This document shows positions 47,157 through 56,840 of a stretch of 64,000 nucleotides of DNA, piece after piece (position 1 is the stretch's first letter; the number at the start of each line of letters is the position of its first letter). The notes under the pieces are model-generated. The model worked only from the letters and a program-made list of their open reading frames with translations. It had not been told where the DNA came from and ran no database searches. The stretch comes from Bacteroidota bacterium (GTDB lineage: Bacteria; Bacteroidota; Bacteroidia; Chitinophagales; Chitinophagaceae), in contig JAGWUV010000023.1 in assembly GCA_028875875.1 (NCBI GenBank), positions 1,984-65,983 of the forward strand. Direction: 5' to 3'. The position numbers were made by a program, and so were the translations under genes.

Positions 47157-47888
47157 TTATAAACTCATCATTTCCTTGAACTTAACCGTTTGCCTGCGGC
47201 TTACTTCAATTTTTTCACCTCCTTTCAGTTCTACCAATAAGCCCCCGTTGAAATAAGGTTCTATTTTTTCTATCCATCTTAAGTTGATGATATGCTTGCG
47301 GTTGGCCCGGAAAAACATACGGTCATCGAGCCTTTCTTCCAAGGAATTCAGTGATTTTAAAATCAATGGTTTATTGGTGCTGAAAAATACTTTTGCATAA
47401 TTGCCTACGCTTTCAAAAAGGCGTATCTCGCCGAGTTTCACAAACCAGCATCGTTCACCATCTTTCACAAATACTTGGTCGTGTTCTGTAAGCGGGCCAC
47501 GCCCAAAACCATTCAAACCGGCTTTTTCTTTTGCAATCTCTTCCTGCAATTTATGAATGGCATCACCCAGGCGCTTGGGTTCAATGGGCTTCATCAGGTA
47601 ATCAAAAGCGTTTACTTCAAAGGCCTTGATGGCATATTCATCATAAGCAGTAGTGAAAATTACACGGGGTGCTTTTTCAACTTCTGCCAAAAGATCGAAA
47701 CCTGTTTTACCCGGCATCTGTATATCAAGAAAGATCAGTTCAGGATTGAATTGTTCTATTTTCTCAATGCCATCGTCAACATTGGCAGCTTCCTCGATCA
47801 CTTCGATTTCCGGGTGATTTTGTAATAATTTTTTTAACTCATTCCGAGCCAATCGCTCATCATCGATGATAATGGTTTTAATTGCCAT
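47157..47888 (-). CDS. LytR/AlgR-family response regulator (receiver + LytTR DNA-binding domain)
   Basis: I take the start at ATG 47888 (MAIKTIIIDDERLAR). It has the receiver aspartate context IFLDIQMP and a C-terminal LytTR domain (RANRKHIINLRWI). Confidence 0.9.
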   Translation of the reverse strand: MAIKTIIIDDERLARNELKKLLQNHPEIEVIEEAANVDDGIEKIEQFNPELIFLDIQMPGKTGFDLLAEVEKAPRVIFTTAYDEYAIKAFEVNAFDYLMKPIEPKRLGDAIHKLQEEIAKEKAGLNGFGRGPLTEHDQVFVKDGERCWFVKLGEIRLFESVGNYAKVFFSTNKPLILKSLNSLEERLDDRMFFRANRKHIINLRWIEKIEPYFNGGLLVELKGGEKIEVSRRQTVKFKEMMSL

Positions 47889-47921
47889 ACCAATTGTTTT
47901 ATATGTATTATACAAGGTGTT

Positions 47922-49010
47922 TTATCCGGCATATTCCCTGGCAACAGGCATTACCACTTTGGCTTCTACTATTGATCCGTTTAATTCTTTCAGCTCAAAA
48001 TGAGCCTGCTGGCCAAATAAAAGGCTTAACCTGTTCTGAGTACTTGTAATTCCAAAACCTTCGGATCTTTCAGCATGGGTAATCCTGCCTGTATTTTGTA
48101 CGATCAGTTCATGATTATCCCCTCTGAAATCTGAAATTATTTTTATCAACCCGCCGCTGATCTGTTTGCTGATGCCATGCTTGATTGCATTTTCCACCAG
48201 CGTCTGCAGCATCATAGGTGGAACGGGTTGGTCTAAAGTATCTTCATCAATATCATATTCCACCTGCAACCGGTCTTCAAAACGTATGTATTCCAACGCC
48301 AGGTAATCTTTAACAATATTCAATTCTCTTTCAAACGGAGCCATTTCAACTTTTTCTGCCTGCATACTGCTGCGTAAAATGTTACTCAACTCTGTAATGG
48401 CAGTTCTGGCCCTTTCCGGGTTCTCATCTACCAAAGCCCTGATGCTGTTCAGGGCATTGAAAATAAAATGCGGGTTGATGTGCGATTTAATTGTTTTTAA
48501 TTCCAGCTCTTTTACCATGCTTTCCAGCCGGATTTTATCAAATTGGGCCTGCCTGCTTTTTTGAATGTAGTGATACGTGAAATAAATAAGGTTCCAGATC
48601 AGCAGGAAAAGAAAAGTACCCACTGAAGAGCGGACTACACGGTTTAAAAAGGGATATTTCTGAGCATCGGGTATATTCCATTCGAATAATGTTTCTATGG
48701 AAACCAGTGAAAAGGAATAAATAGAAGCGAAGAGAAATGTTATGAGTAAAATAGAAAAAATTTGTTTTTGAAGTGATTGATTAATGAGGTTAAAGCCCCT
48801 TATGGCCAATCGCATCAGGTGGGTAATCACCACTCCGCAAACCGCATCTGCAAATAAGGTTTCAAAAAAATGCGGCTGCTCTTTGGTACGAATGGCAAAA
48901 TAGAAGAAAGTCCATACTAAAATGTATGCACTCCAACCACCGAGCTGGCATAACCAGTATGCAGAAATTTTTTTACTCATGGGAAAGCCAAAATTAAGTG
49001 CCCTAAACAT
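47922..49010 (-). CDS. Sensor histidine kinase, LytS/YehU-like (His_kinase + HATPase)
   Basis: Four or more N-terminal TM segments, an H-box KSHINPHFIFNALNSI and an N-box MLQTLVENAIKHG. It is 6-33 nt upstream of the LytTR regulator. ATG 48980 is an alternative start. Confidence 0.85.
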   Translation of the reverse strand: MFRALNFGFPMSKKISAYWLCQLGGWSAYILVWTFFYFAIRTKEQPHFFETLFADAVCGVVITHLMRLAIRGFNLINQSLQKQIFSILLITFLFASIYSFSLVSIETLFEWNIPDAQKYPFLNRVVRSSVGTFLFLLIWNLIYFTYHYIQKSRQAQFDKIRLESMVKELELKTIKSHINPHFIFNALNSIRALVDENPERARTAITELSNILRSSMQAEKVEMAPFERELNIVKDYLALEYIRFEDRLQVEYDIDEDTLDQPVPPMMLQTLVENAIKHGISKQISGGLIKIISDFRGDNHELIVQNTGRITHAERSEGFGITSTQNRLSLLFGQQAHFELKELNGSIVEAKVVMPVAREYAG

Positions 49011-49168
49011 GATGAACGGATAAGTATGTGATTAATGGTAAATAAACTTGGTGTTTGGTGTAAAAGATACAAAAAGCAGGCAAACTCTATCAACAATTTA
49101 CCAAACAATGCTGTTTTGCTTTATGTTCTGAATAGGAATATCTTATTTTTACATTTAAATCGTTTCGC

Positions 49169-51100
49169 ATGGAGATCTTACCCGGAAAGCTGTTGCAGAA
49201 AATCAATTCTCCTGAAGACCTTAAAACGCTAGATCGCAACCAGTTACATCAGTTATGCGATGAACTTAGACAATATATTATTGACGTTGTAAGTGTGCAT
49301 GGCGGTCATTTTGCAGCCAGCCTTGGCGTGGTGGAATTAACCGTTGCCCTTCATTATAGCTACAATACTCCTTATGATCAGCTTGTATGGGATGTGGGCC
49401 ACCAGGCTTATGGCCATAAAATTCTCACCGGCAGAAAGGATAATTTTATTACCAATCGTAAATACAAAGGATTAAGTGGATTTCCTAAAAGATCAGAAAG
49501 CGAATACGATACATTTGGCGTAGGCCATTCTTCTACTTCAATCTCTGCAGCTTTGGGCATGGCAATGGCGGCTAAATATAAAGGGGAGAACAGGAAGTCG
49601 GTTGCTATTATAGGAGATGGAAGCATGACTGCAGGTATGGCATTTGAAGCGATGAACCATGCCGGTGTTGCCGACAGCGACCTGCTTGTGATACTGAATG
49701 ATAATTGCATGAGTATCGATCCTAATGTTGGTGCTTTGAAAGAATATCTCACCGATATTACTACATCTCCGGCTTACAATAAGATGAGGGATGAAGTATG
49801 GAAGATGCTGGGCAAATTACCTGCAGGAAAAACCTTCAGCCGCGAAATGGCTAGTAAACTCGAAGCCGGACTGAAAGGTATGGTAAGCAAAAGCAGTAAC
49901 CTTTTCGAATCCCTGAAATTCAGGTACTTCGGACCGATAGACGGGCATAATATCACCAAACTGGTGGATACTTTAAAAGACCTGAAAGATATTCCCGGTC
50001 CCAAATTGTTGCACGTGGTAACAGTGAAAGGAAAGGGCTATGAGCTGGCCGAAAAAGACCAAACCAAGTGGCATGCACCGGGTTTGTTCGATAAAGTAAC
50101 AGGTGAAATTTATAAAAAGAAACACGATGTTCCGCAACCGCCAAAGTATCAGGATGTATTCGGTCACACCATCATAGAGCTGGCAGAGAAAAATGATAAG
50201 ATCATGGGTGTTACGCCTGCCATGCCTAGCGGTTCTTCCTTAAAATTTATGATGGAGAAAATGCCTCACCGGGCTTTTGATGTGGGCATTTGTGAGCAGC
50301 ATGCTGTAACCCTCAGTGCCGGCTTGGCTACACAGGGGATGAAAGTGTATTGCAATATTTACTCTTCTTTTATGCAAAGGGCTTTCGACCAGGTAGTGCA
50401 CGATGTTGCTATACAGAAATTACCTGTGGTATTTTGCCTCGACAGGGCCGGACTGGTGGGAGAAGATGGCCCTACACATCACGGATGCTATGATATTGCC
50501 TTTTTCCGTTGTATCCCCAATATGATTATCAGTGCCCCGATGAATGAACAGGAACTACGTAACCTCATGTACACAGCTCAGCTGGATACAGTGGAATATC
50601 CTTTCGTTATCCGCTATCCAAGAGGAGAAGGTGTGATGCCGGAATGGAGAACAGCTTTGGAGGAAGTGAAGATCGGTAAGGGAAGAAAACTGAAGGATGG
50701 AGAAGAGCTTGCTATATTATCTTTCGGTCATCCCGGGAACTTTGTACAGGCTGCTATCCGTGAACTGAGAACGGAAGGTATCAACCCGGCCCACTACGAT
50801 ATGCGTTTCGTAAAACCTATTGATGAAGAATTACTGCATGAAGTATGTGCTAAATATAATAAAATAATCACAGTGGAAGATGGCACTACCGTTGGTGGGT
50901 TTGGATCGGCTGTATTGGAGTTTATGGCCAAACATCACTACCAGGCAGAAGTGAAAATGTTGGGGATTCCCGATAGGCTCGTAGAACATGGCACTTTAAA
51001 AGAATTACATAAGGAATGCGGATTTGATGCTTCCGGTATTGCAGAAACAGCCAGGCAATTACTGAAAGATAAAGTAAGTGTTACTATAATGGCCGGTTGA
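49169..51100 (+). CDS. dxs: 1-deoxy-D-xylulose-5-phosphate synthase
   Basis: 643 aa with GGHFAASLG, the TPP motif GDGSMTAGMAFEALN-like (GDGSMTAGMAFEAMN), and transketolase-like middle and C-terminal domains. Confidence 0.95.
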   Translation: MEILPGKLLQKINSPEDLKTLDRNQLHQLCDELRQYIIDVVSVHGGHFAASLGVVELTVALHYSYNTPYDQLVWDVGHQAYGHKILTGRKDNFITNRKYKGLSGFPKRSESEYDTFGVGHSSTSISAALGMAMAAKYKGENRKSVAIIGDGSMTAGMAFEAMNHAGVADSDLLVILNDNCMSIDPNVGALKEYLTDITTSPAYNKMRDEVWKMLGKLPAGKTFSREMASKLEAGLKGMVSKSSNLFESLKFRYFGPIDGHNITKLVDTLKDLKDIPGPKLLHVVTVKGKGYELAEKDQTKWHAPGLFDKVTGEIYKKKHDVPQPPKYQDVFGHTIIELAEKNDKIMGVTPAMPSGSSLKFMMEKMPHRAFDVGICEQHAVTLSAGLATQGMKVYCNIYSSFMQRAFDQVVHDVAIQKLPVVFCLDRAGLVGEDGPTHHGCYDIAFFRCIPNMIISAPMNEQELRNLMYTAQLDTVEYPFVIRYPRGEGVMPEWRTALEEVKIGKGRKLKDGEELAILSFGHPGNFVQAAIRELRTEGINPAHYDMRFVKPIDEELLHEVCAKYNKIITVEDGTTVGGFGSAVLEFMAKHHYQAEVKMLGIPDRLVEHGTLKELHKECGFDASGIAETARQLLKDKVSVTIMAG

Positions 51101-51124
51101 TCTTTACCGGTGGATATATAGAAC

Positions 51125-51154
51125 TAAAAAAGCTCATCTTCGGATGAGCTTTTT
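51125..51154. terminator. Bidirectional intrinsic terminator between convergent dxs and scpA
   Basis: AAAAAA-GCTCATC-ttcg-GATGAGC-TTTTTT. Confidence 0.8.
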
Positions 51155-51178
51155 TGTTGAGGCAGCAATGGATTTTTA

Positions 51179-52042
51179 TCAGTTTAACTGAGGATCAATG
51201 CCGTTTTCAATATCAGTATCGTTTTCTGTTAGTGGTTCTTCGTATCCTTCGGTAGCTCTCTCCACTTCATTGCCTGCATTTTTTAAATCTTCTTCCCGGT
51301 TATCATTCCATTCGATGATAAAGTTGTTCCGTCCTTCGCCTACCATCAGTTTCATGTATTTCTGCTGTGTTAATTCCAGTAAAGACAAGAATAGGAAAAG
51401 TGCATGGATACGGTTCTCCACAATTTCAAAAACCCTTTCAAAGGAAACCGTTTTTTCCTTGTGTATATAATGCATCATATAGTCACGGCTACCCTCCATG
51501 GTATAGTTGTAGCGTACTACCGTATGTACCGGTTTATTTTGGCGGTCGTGTACCCGCTGCATTACCTTTTCAAAAGCTTTCATCAGCTTGAACATGGTAA
51601 TCGTTTGTATCTCTGTTCCTTCGCCTGCCTCCTCCCCAATCTCTACGATTTCTTTTTGCAGGTTACCTCTTTTCACCATCAGCATCCGCATGGCTTCCAT
51701 TTCTGCCATCTCTACGGCCGCTTCTTTAAATTTCTTGTATTCGAGTATCTTATCAACCAGTTCCTGCCTGGGATCAATTTCGTTTCCCTGGGCATCCAGT
51801 TCTTTTCTGGGTAACAACAGTTTGGCTTTGATACGCATCAGTGTTGATACAAAGAGGATGAATTCGCTGCTCAGCTCGATATTCAGTTGTTCCTGCTGAT
51901 GTATATAATCAAGAAAATCTTTAGTGATCCTGGTAATAGGAATGTTATAGATATCTAGCTCATCCCGCTCAATAAAGAACAGTAGAAGATCGAAAGGTCC
52001 TTCAAACTGATCGAGTTTAATCTGGTAACTGGTGGTATTCAC
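51179..52042 (-). CDS. scpA: Segregation and condensation protein A
   Basis: 287 aa with N-terminal FEGPFDLLLFFIERDELDIYNIPI, typical of ScpA. Acidic C-terminal tail. Confidence 0.9.
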   Translation of the reverse strand: MNTTSYQIKLDQFEGPFDLLLFFIERDELDIYNIPITRITKDFLDYIHQQEQLNIELSSEFILFVSTLMRIKAKLLLPRKELDAQGNEIDPRQELVDKILEYKKFKEAAVEMAEMEAMRMLMVKRGNLQKEIVEIGEEAGEGTEIQTITMFKLMKAFEKVMQRVHDRQNKPVHTVVRYNYTMEGSRDYMMHYIHKEKTVSFERVFEIVENRIHALFLFLSLLELTQQKYMKLMVGEGRNNFIIEWNDNREEDLKNAGNEVERATEGYEEPLTENDTDIENGIDPQLN

Positions 52043-52114
52043 GCCTCAATGCTTTACTGCAAATAAAGCAAAACGGCGGGAGAAAAGAACTTTTAAAGAA
52101 GATAGTTATCCACC

Positions 52115-52145
52115 AAATAAACATCCCGCCGGGAGGGGCGGGATG
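52115..52145 (-). terminator. Intrinsic terminator after mscL
   Basis: Minus strand reads CATCCCGCC-cctccc-GGCGGGATG followed by TTTATTT. Confidence 0.6.
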
Positions 52146-52156
52146 TGGCAGGGAAG

Positions 52157-52591
52157 TTATTTTTTAAGGGCATCTCGTATTTCCATCAATAATTTATCGG
52201 TATTGGATGGTTCTGCAGGTGCAGCCGGTGCAGCTTCCTGTTTTTTCTTCATCCGGTTAATGGCTTTGATCACAATAAATACGGCCAGTGCAACAAGAAT
52301 AAAGTCTATCACATTGGTAATAAAAGTGCCATATTTCACCGAAACTTCAGGTATTGCTTTTTCTATCACTTTACCGGCGCTGTCCTTTACTTCTGCAACC
52401 GCCTCTTTCAGTATCAGTTTCTTATCATTAAAATCAACTCCACCGGTTAGCATACCCACCAGCGGCATTACAATCCCATCCACAAAAGCAGAAACTATTT
52501 TTCCAAAAGAAGCACCCATTACAAAAGCTACAGCGGTGTCTATCAGGTTGCCACGCATGGCAAACTCTTTGAATTCTTTGATAAAGGACAT
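52157..52591 (-). CDS. mscL: Large-conductance mechanosensitive channel
   Basis: 144 aa with FKEFAMRGNLIDTAVAFVMGASFGKIV, typical of MscL. Confidence 0.95.
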   Translation of the reverse strand: MSFIKEFKEFAMRGNLIDTAVAFVMGASFGKIVSAFVDGIVMPLVGMLTGGVDFNDKKLILKEAVAEVKDSAGKVIEKAIPEVSVKYGTFITNVIDFILVALAVFIVIKAINRMKKKQEAAPAAPAEPSNTDKLLMEIRDALKK

Positions 52592-52724
52592 ACAATAATT
52601 TTTGGTTGATAATAAAAGTAAAAAAAATATGGCATGTGTTGCATGCTTTAGGGCAGTGATCCCTGTTATTTTTTTATGGTGTATGGCTATGGAAAAAAGC
52701 AGACATTTGTTATAAACTGGTAGC

Positions 52725-53615
52725 TTGAGAGAAAAAATTATTAACTGGCTTTTGTTTGTTGGATTGTCTTTTATCTGGGGCAGCTCCTTTATGCTGATGA
52801 AAGAAGGAATGCAGGTCTTATCTCCTTACGAAGTGGCTACCATAAGGATTTTAAGTGCAGGCTTGGTTTTATTACCTTTTGCACCCAAAGCCGTCAGACA
52901 AATACCCCAAGGTAAATGGGGCCTGGTTATTCTCTCTGGTTTATTGGGGAGTTTCTTTCCTGCTTATTTATTCTGCCTGGCAGAAACAAAGATCGATAGT
53001 TCCCTTGCCGGAATATTAAATGCACTAACACCTTTGTTCACCATTGTGGTAGGTGTTTTCTTCTTTCTCCTGAAAGCGGGTACTCAAAAAATAATAGGTG
53101 TATTGATAGGTTTTGCAGGCTTATTGTTGCTGTTCATCAGCAATGGCCATATCGATTTTAAAAATTTATTTTATGCGGCCTTCGTGCTACTCGCAACTCT
53201 CTTTTACGGGATTAACGTAAACCTGGTGGGCAGGCACTTGAAGCAGGTGGGCTCATTAAATATTGCTACAGTTGCCTTTGGTGTTTTAATCGTTCCCTGC
53301 CTTCTTATTTTATATGCAACGGGTTATTTTCATTTGAATATCATCAATGGCAAAGTATTGTGGTCAAGCACTGCCAGTGCAATTCTGGGGATCATGGGTA
53401 CAGCCGTGGCTTCAGTATTATTTTATATGTTGTTGAAAAGGGCGGGTGCTTTATTCGCTTCAATGGTAACTTACGGGATACCCTTTGTGGCGGTAATGTG
53501 GGGATTGATGCTGGGAGAAAAAATTGTACCAATGCAGGTAGTGAGCCTCGTAGTTATATTAACGGGTGTGTACCTGGCCAATACCAATAAAAATCCCTTC
53601 TCCAAAAAAGATTAG
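52725..53615 (+). CDS. EamA/DMT-family transporter
   Basis: 296 aa with 10 predicted TM segments arranged as two EamA repeats. TTG start in the track. Confidence 0.8.
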   Translation: MREKIINWLLFVGLSFIWGSSFMLMKEGMQVLSPYEVATIRILSAGLVLLPFAPKAVRQIPQGKWGLVILSGLLGSFFPAYLFCLAETKIDSSLAGILNALTPLFTIVVGVFFFLLKAGTQKIIGVLIGFAGLLLLFISNGHIDFKNLFYAAFVLLATLFYGINVNLVGRHLKQVGSLNIATVAFGVLIVPCLLILYATGYFHLNIINGKVLWSSTASAILGIMGTAVASVLFYMLLKRAGALFASMVTYGIPFVAVMWGLMLGEKIVPMQVVSLVVILTGVYLANTNKNPFSKKD

Positions 53616-53629
53616 TGGGAGAAGGGATT
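53589..53629 (-). terminator. Probable terminator of frr, overlapping the 3' end of the EamA gene
   Basis: AATCCCTTCTCC (53592-53603) pairs with GGAGAAGGGATT (53618-53629). On the minus strand the hairpin is followed by TTTATT. Confidence 0.5.
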
Positions 53630-53649
53630 GATGTATAATAAGATCAAAT

Positions 53650-54213
53650 TTACACGCTCATCATTTCCTTTTCTTTGGCAGCAAGGTGCTTATCTACCAG
53701 GACGATGTATTTATCGGTAATATCCTGAACAGACTTCTCCGCATCTTTGGCAGCATCTTCGCTTAACCCGTCTTTCTGCAGCTTCTTAATTTGTTCGATG
53801 GAATCCCTCCTGATATTTCGGATGGCTACCTTACTGTGTTCGCCTTCCCCACTGGCTTTTTTAAACAGTTCTTTTCTTCTTTCCTCTGTTAAAGGAGGCA
53901 TGAATAAACGGATCTGGTTACCATCATTTTGTGGGGTGATGCCAATATTGGCCTGCATGATAGACCTTTCAATAGCCTGCAGCATATTTCTTTCCCAGGG
54001 TTGTATGCTAATGGTTCTTGCATCCAGCACACTTACGTTGGCTACCTGGTTAATAGGGGTGGGTGCGCCATAGTATTCTACGTTGATTCCATCCAGCATA
54101 GACGGATTTGCCTTGCCTGCCCTTATCTTCACTAATTCTCCTTCCAGATGACTGATGGCTTTTTGCATCAGGTCTTCCGTTTCTTCCAATATTAATGATA
54201 ACTCTTCTGACAT
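53650..54213 (-). CDS. frr: Ribosome recycling factor
   Basis: 187 aa with KIRAGKANPSMLD and the MPPLTEERRKEL block. Confidence 0.95.
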   Translation of the reverse strand: MSEELSLILEETEDLMQKAISHLEGELVKIRAGKANPSMLDGINVEYYGAPTPINQVANVSVLDARTISIQPWERNMLQAIERSIMQANIGITPQNDGNQIRLFMPPLTEERRKELFKKASGEGEHSKVAIRNIRRDSIEQIKKLQKDGLSEDAAKDAEKSVQDITDKYIVLVDKHLAAKEKEMMSV

Positions 54214-54265
54214 ATTTCTTGTTTTAAAGTGCGCAAATCTAATAAATGATTGTAAAATGGCTGCT

Positions 54266-54292
54266 AAAGAAAAAGCCCTTTAAAGGGCTTTT
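54266..54292 (-). terminator. Intrinsic terminator after the WecA-like gene
   Basis: AAAAGCCCTTTAAAGGGCTTTT is a palindrome. On the minus strand it is followed by TCTTT. Confidence 0.55.
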
Positions 54293-54314
54293 ATATAAAA
54301 GGGAAAAAGTTTTT

Positions 54315-55463
54315 TTATTCATTCTCTGCCATAGCTTCTGCCGGATTACTTACCAGCCGAACAATATGGCTTTTAATGTCAGCTGAAATCTCATCGGCAC
54401 TACTAATAGTTTTGATCGCCTTCATTTGAACAGGCCTTGCTTTACTCATTCTGATCACCAGTATACCGGCAAAAAATAATACTACTTGTGCCGCGATCAC
54501 TTTCGTAGTTCCCATAGATAAAGTTAGATAGGAGAAGCCTATAAAAAATAAAGTGGCAGCAGAAAGCAGTAAGGTAATGGCACGGTGAGAATATCCTTTG
54601 TCCAGCAGCAAATGGTGTAAATGGTTCCTGTCCGGAGAAAACGGTGATCTTCCATGTGCGATGCGAATGGCAAACACCCTTAGCGTATCTAGTAAAGGCA
54701 GGGCCAAAACGCCAAAGCCCATGGCAGGTGAGGCCAGGATCGGGAAAATATGCGAATCTTCTGCTGTGGAAATAAACCGGATAACGAGGATAGCATTGAT
54801 GATACCGGTAAACATAGAACCCGTATCTCCCATGAATATTTTGGCGGGCGAAAAATTATATAAAAGAAAACCGATAAGACTTGCTGCAAGGCAAAAACCC
54901 ATCATCGAAAAGAAATAATCTCCGTTGCTGTAAAAGAAAAAGCTGAAGAACGAAGAGGTGATGATTCCAATAGAAGCAGCCAGGCCATCTACTCCATCAA
55001 TCAGGTTATAAGCATTCATAACCACAATGATGGTGAAAAGCGTAAGGCAATAGCTGATAGGCAGGTTGATGGTAGTGATATTCAAAAAACCATGCATGTT
55101 GTGCAAAAGCAAGTTGCATTTGAACATCAGGATCACTGCCGCCAGTACCTGTCCCAATAACTTTTTCATCGGCGTGATCACCAGTACATCGTCTTTCATT
55201 CCAAAGAAGAAAACAATAATAAATGCACCGATGAAATATTGGAAAGAATCCACAGCTGTTGAAATATTGGCCAGTAAGAGGAATGCAGTAAGGAAACCAC
55301 CGAAAATACCCAAACCGCCTAAAGATGGAATTGGAGCCGCATGAATTTTTCTTTCGCCTGGATGATCATACAGCTTTGCCATATCAGCAATCCTAATAAT
55401 GATAGGAATGGCATAGAAGGTGATCGCAAAAGAAAGTATAGCCCCAATCAGAACATTTTCCAT
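54315..55463 (-). CDS. Polyprenyl-phosphate N-acetylhexosamine-1-phosphate transferase (MraY/WecA family, GT4)
   Basis: 382 aa with about 10 TM segments and the motifs GMKDD, NAYNLIDGVDGLA, MGDTGS and HLHH. Confidence 0.85.
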   Translation of the reverse strand: MENVLIGAILSFAITFYAIPIIIRIADMAKLYDHPGERKIHAAPIPSLGGLGIFGGFLTAFLLLANISTAVDSFQYFIGAFIIVFFFGMKDDVLVITPMKKLLGQVLAAVILMFKCNLLLHNMHGFLNITTINLPISYCLTLFTIIVVMNAYNLIDGVDGLAASIGIITSSFFSFFFYSNGDYFFSMMGFCLAASLIGFLLYNFSPAKIFMGDTGSMFTGIINAILVIRFISTAEDSHIFPILASPAMGFGVLALPLLDTLRVFAIRIAHGRSPFSPDRNHLHHLLLDKGYSHRAITLLLSAATLFFIGFSYLTLSMGTTKVIAAQVVLFFAGILVIRMSKARPVQMKAIKTISSADEISADIKSHIVRLVSNPAEAMAENE

Positions 55464-55663
55464 AAATGGAATTTATTTTATAATTCGGTTTATATAATCA
55501 AACTTCAAAAGTGGGGTTAATAGGGTCCGGCAATATAGTCACTTTTTGTTAAAAAGCACTGAATATGAGCAATTTGATGAAAAGTTAATACGGGTTCACC
55601 TATATTTTTCTCTTCTCTGAGAAATTTTGATGCTTAACTTCGCAGCCCAAAAGCAAAACAATT

Positions 55664-56509
55664 ATGGCAGAGGCTGCACAATTAAAAGCGATCGCTTCAC
55701 AGGTAAGAAGAGATATTGTTAGAATGGTTCATGCGGTACAAAGCGGTCATCCCGGAGGTTCTTTAGGGTGCACAGATTTTTTAACAGCACTGTATTTTCA
55801 TACCATGGAATATAAAACAGCTCCTTTCTCAATGGATGCTGTGGAAGAAGATGTATTCTTTTTATCCAATGGTCATATCTCCCCGCTTTTTTATTCCGTA
55901 CTGGCCAGGGCGGGTTTCTTTGAGGTGAAAGAATTGGCTTCTTTCAGGAAAATTAATTCACGCCTGCAGGGCCATCCTACTACACATGAACACTTGCCCG
56001 GTGTACGTGTGGCCAGCGGTTCTTTAGGCCAGGGTATGAGTGTGGCAATTGGTGCTGCGGTGGCTAAGAAAATGAATAACGATCAGCACCTGGTATATTC
56101 TTTACATGGCGATGGTGAATTGCAGGAAGGTCAGATATGGGAAGCCGTACTGTTTGCTGCGCATAATAAAGTAGACAACCTGATCGCTACCATCGATGTG
56201 AATGGTCAGCAGATCGACGGTCCTACCAGTAAAGTATTAAGCCTGGATAGTTTAAGGGCCAAGTTCGAAGCATTTAACTGGACTGTAATGGAAATGAATG
56301 GTAATGATATGGATGAAGTGGTTGCCGGGCTGGATAAGGCCAAATCTTTAACAGGACAGGGTAAACCTATTTGTATCCTGATGAAGACAGAAATGGGTAA
56401 AGGTGTTGATTTCATGGAAGGCAGTCACGAATGGCATGGTATTGCCCCCAGTGATGAACAACTGGCAAAAGCATTGGCACAATTGCCGGAAACTTTGGGT
56501 GACTATTGA
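55664..56509 (+). CDS. Transketolase, N-terminal (TPP-binding) subunit of the split form
   Basis: 281 aa with SGHPGGSLG, the TPP motif GDGELQEGQIWEA and HEWHG. No Pyr/C-terminal subunit gene follows. Confidence 0.9.
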   Translation: MAEAAQLKAIASQVRRDIVRMVHAVQSGHPGGSLGCTDFLTALYFHTMEYKTAPFSMDAVEEDVFFLSNGHISPLFYSVLARAGFFEVKELASFRKINSRLQGHPTTHEHLPGVRVASGSLGQGMSVAIGAAVAKKMNNDQHLVYSLHGDGELQEGQIWEAVLFAAHNKVDNLIATIDVNGQQIDGPTSKVLSLDSLRAKFEAFNWTVMEMNGNDMDEVVAGLDKAKSLTGQGKPICILMKTEMGKGVDFMEGSHEWHGIAPSDEQLAKALAQLPETLGDY

Positions 56510-56535
56510 TTAAAGTATTGATGATAAAAACTTGT

Positions 56536-56566
56536 AGAGAGAAGCCATGGCTTCTCTCTTTTTTTA
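56536..56566 (+). terminator. Intrinsic terminator directly after the transketolase N-subunit gene
   Basis: AGAGAGAAGCC-at-GGCTTCTCTCT has 11-nt arms and is followed by TTTTTT. Confidence 0.8.
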
Positions 56567-56840
56567 TGATGTTCTGTGAGGATGTTGAATATGTAGACAA
56601 CCTATTGTAGCTGCAATAGGTAACCTGCTGCTATTAATTACGTGGATAACCCTATTGAAAACTGGACATCAGCGGGTTCGGTTCCGGTTTGCCGGAATTG
56701 AAAAAATGCGAAGCTGATGTATTCAAAGAAGCCGTGTAGGCCATGTTTTCAATAAGACGGCCAACCCGGCCTGAGGGAAGAAGATGGTAAAAGATGTACT
56801 GGACTAAATCCAGTAAATTGCTTACCTAAAAATGCTGCTG

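Noticed and set aside
55600-55663. CTGAGA string upstream of the TPP-dependent transketolase subunit, as a possible TPP riboswitch
   Set aside because: No accompanying ACCTGATCTGGATAATGCCAGCG-like pyrimidine-sensor helix is present, and the string is not placed within a THI-box-like fold.
56576-56840. Decayed transketolase C-terminal subunit gene, SRP RNA or tRNA fragment in the spacer
   Set aside because: Translation in all frames gave only short peptides with no transketolase-like blocks. The GGAAG-rich string near 56770 does not match the SRP domain IV consensus. GGGTTCGGTTCCGG does not fold into a T-arm with a matching acceptor stem.
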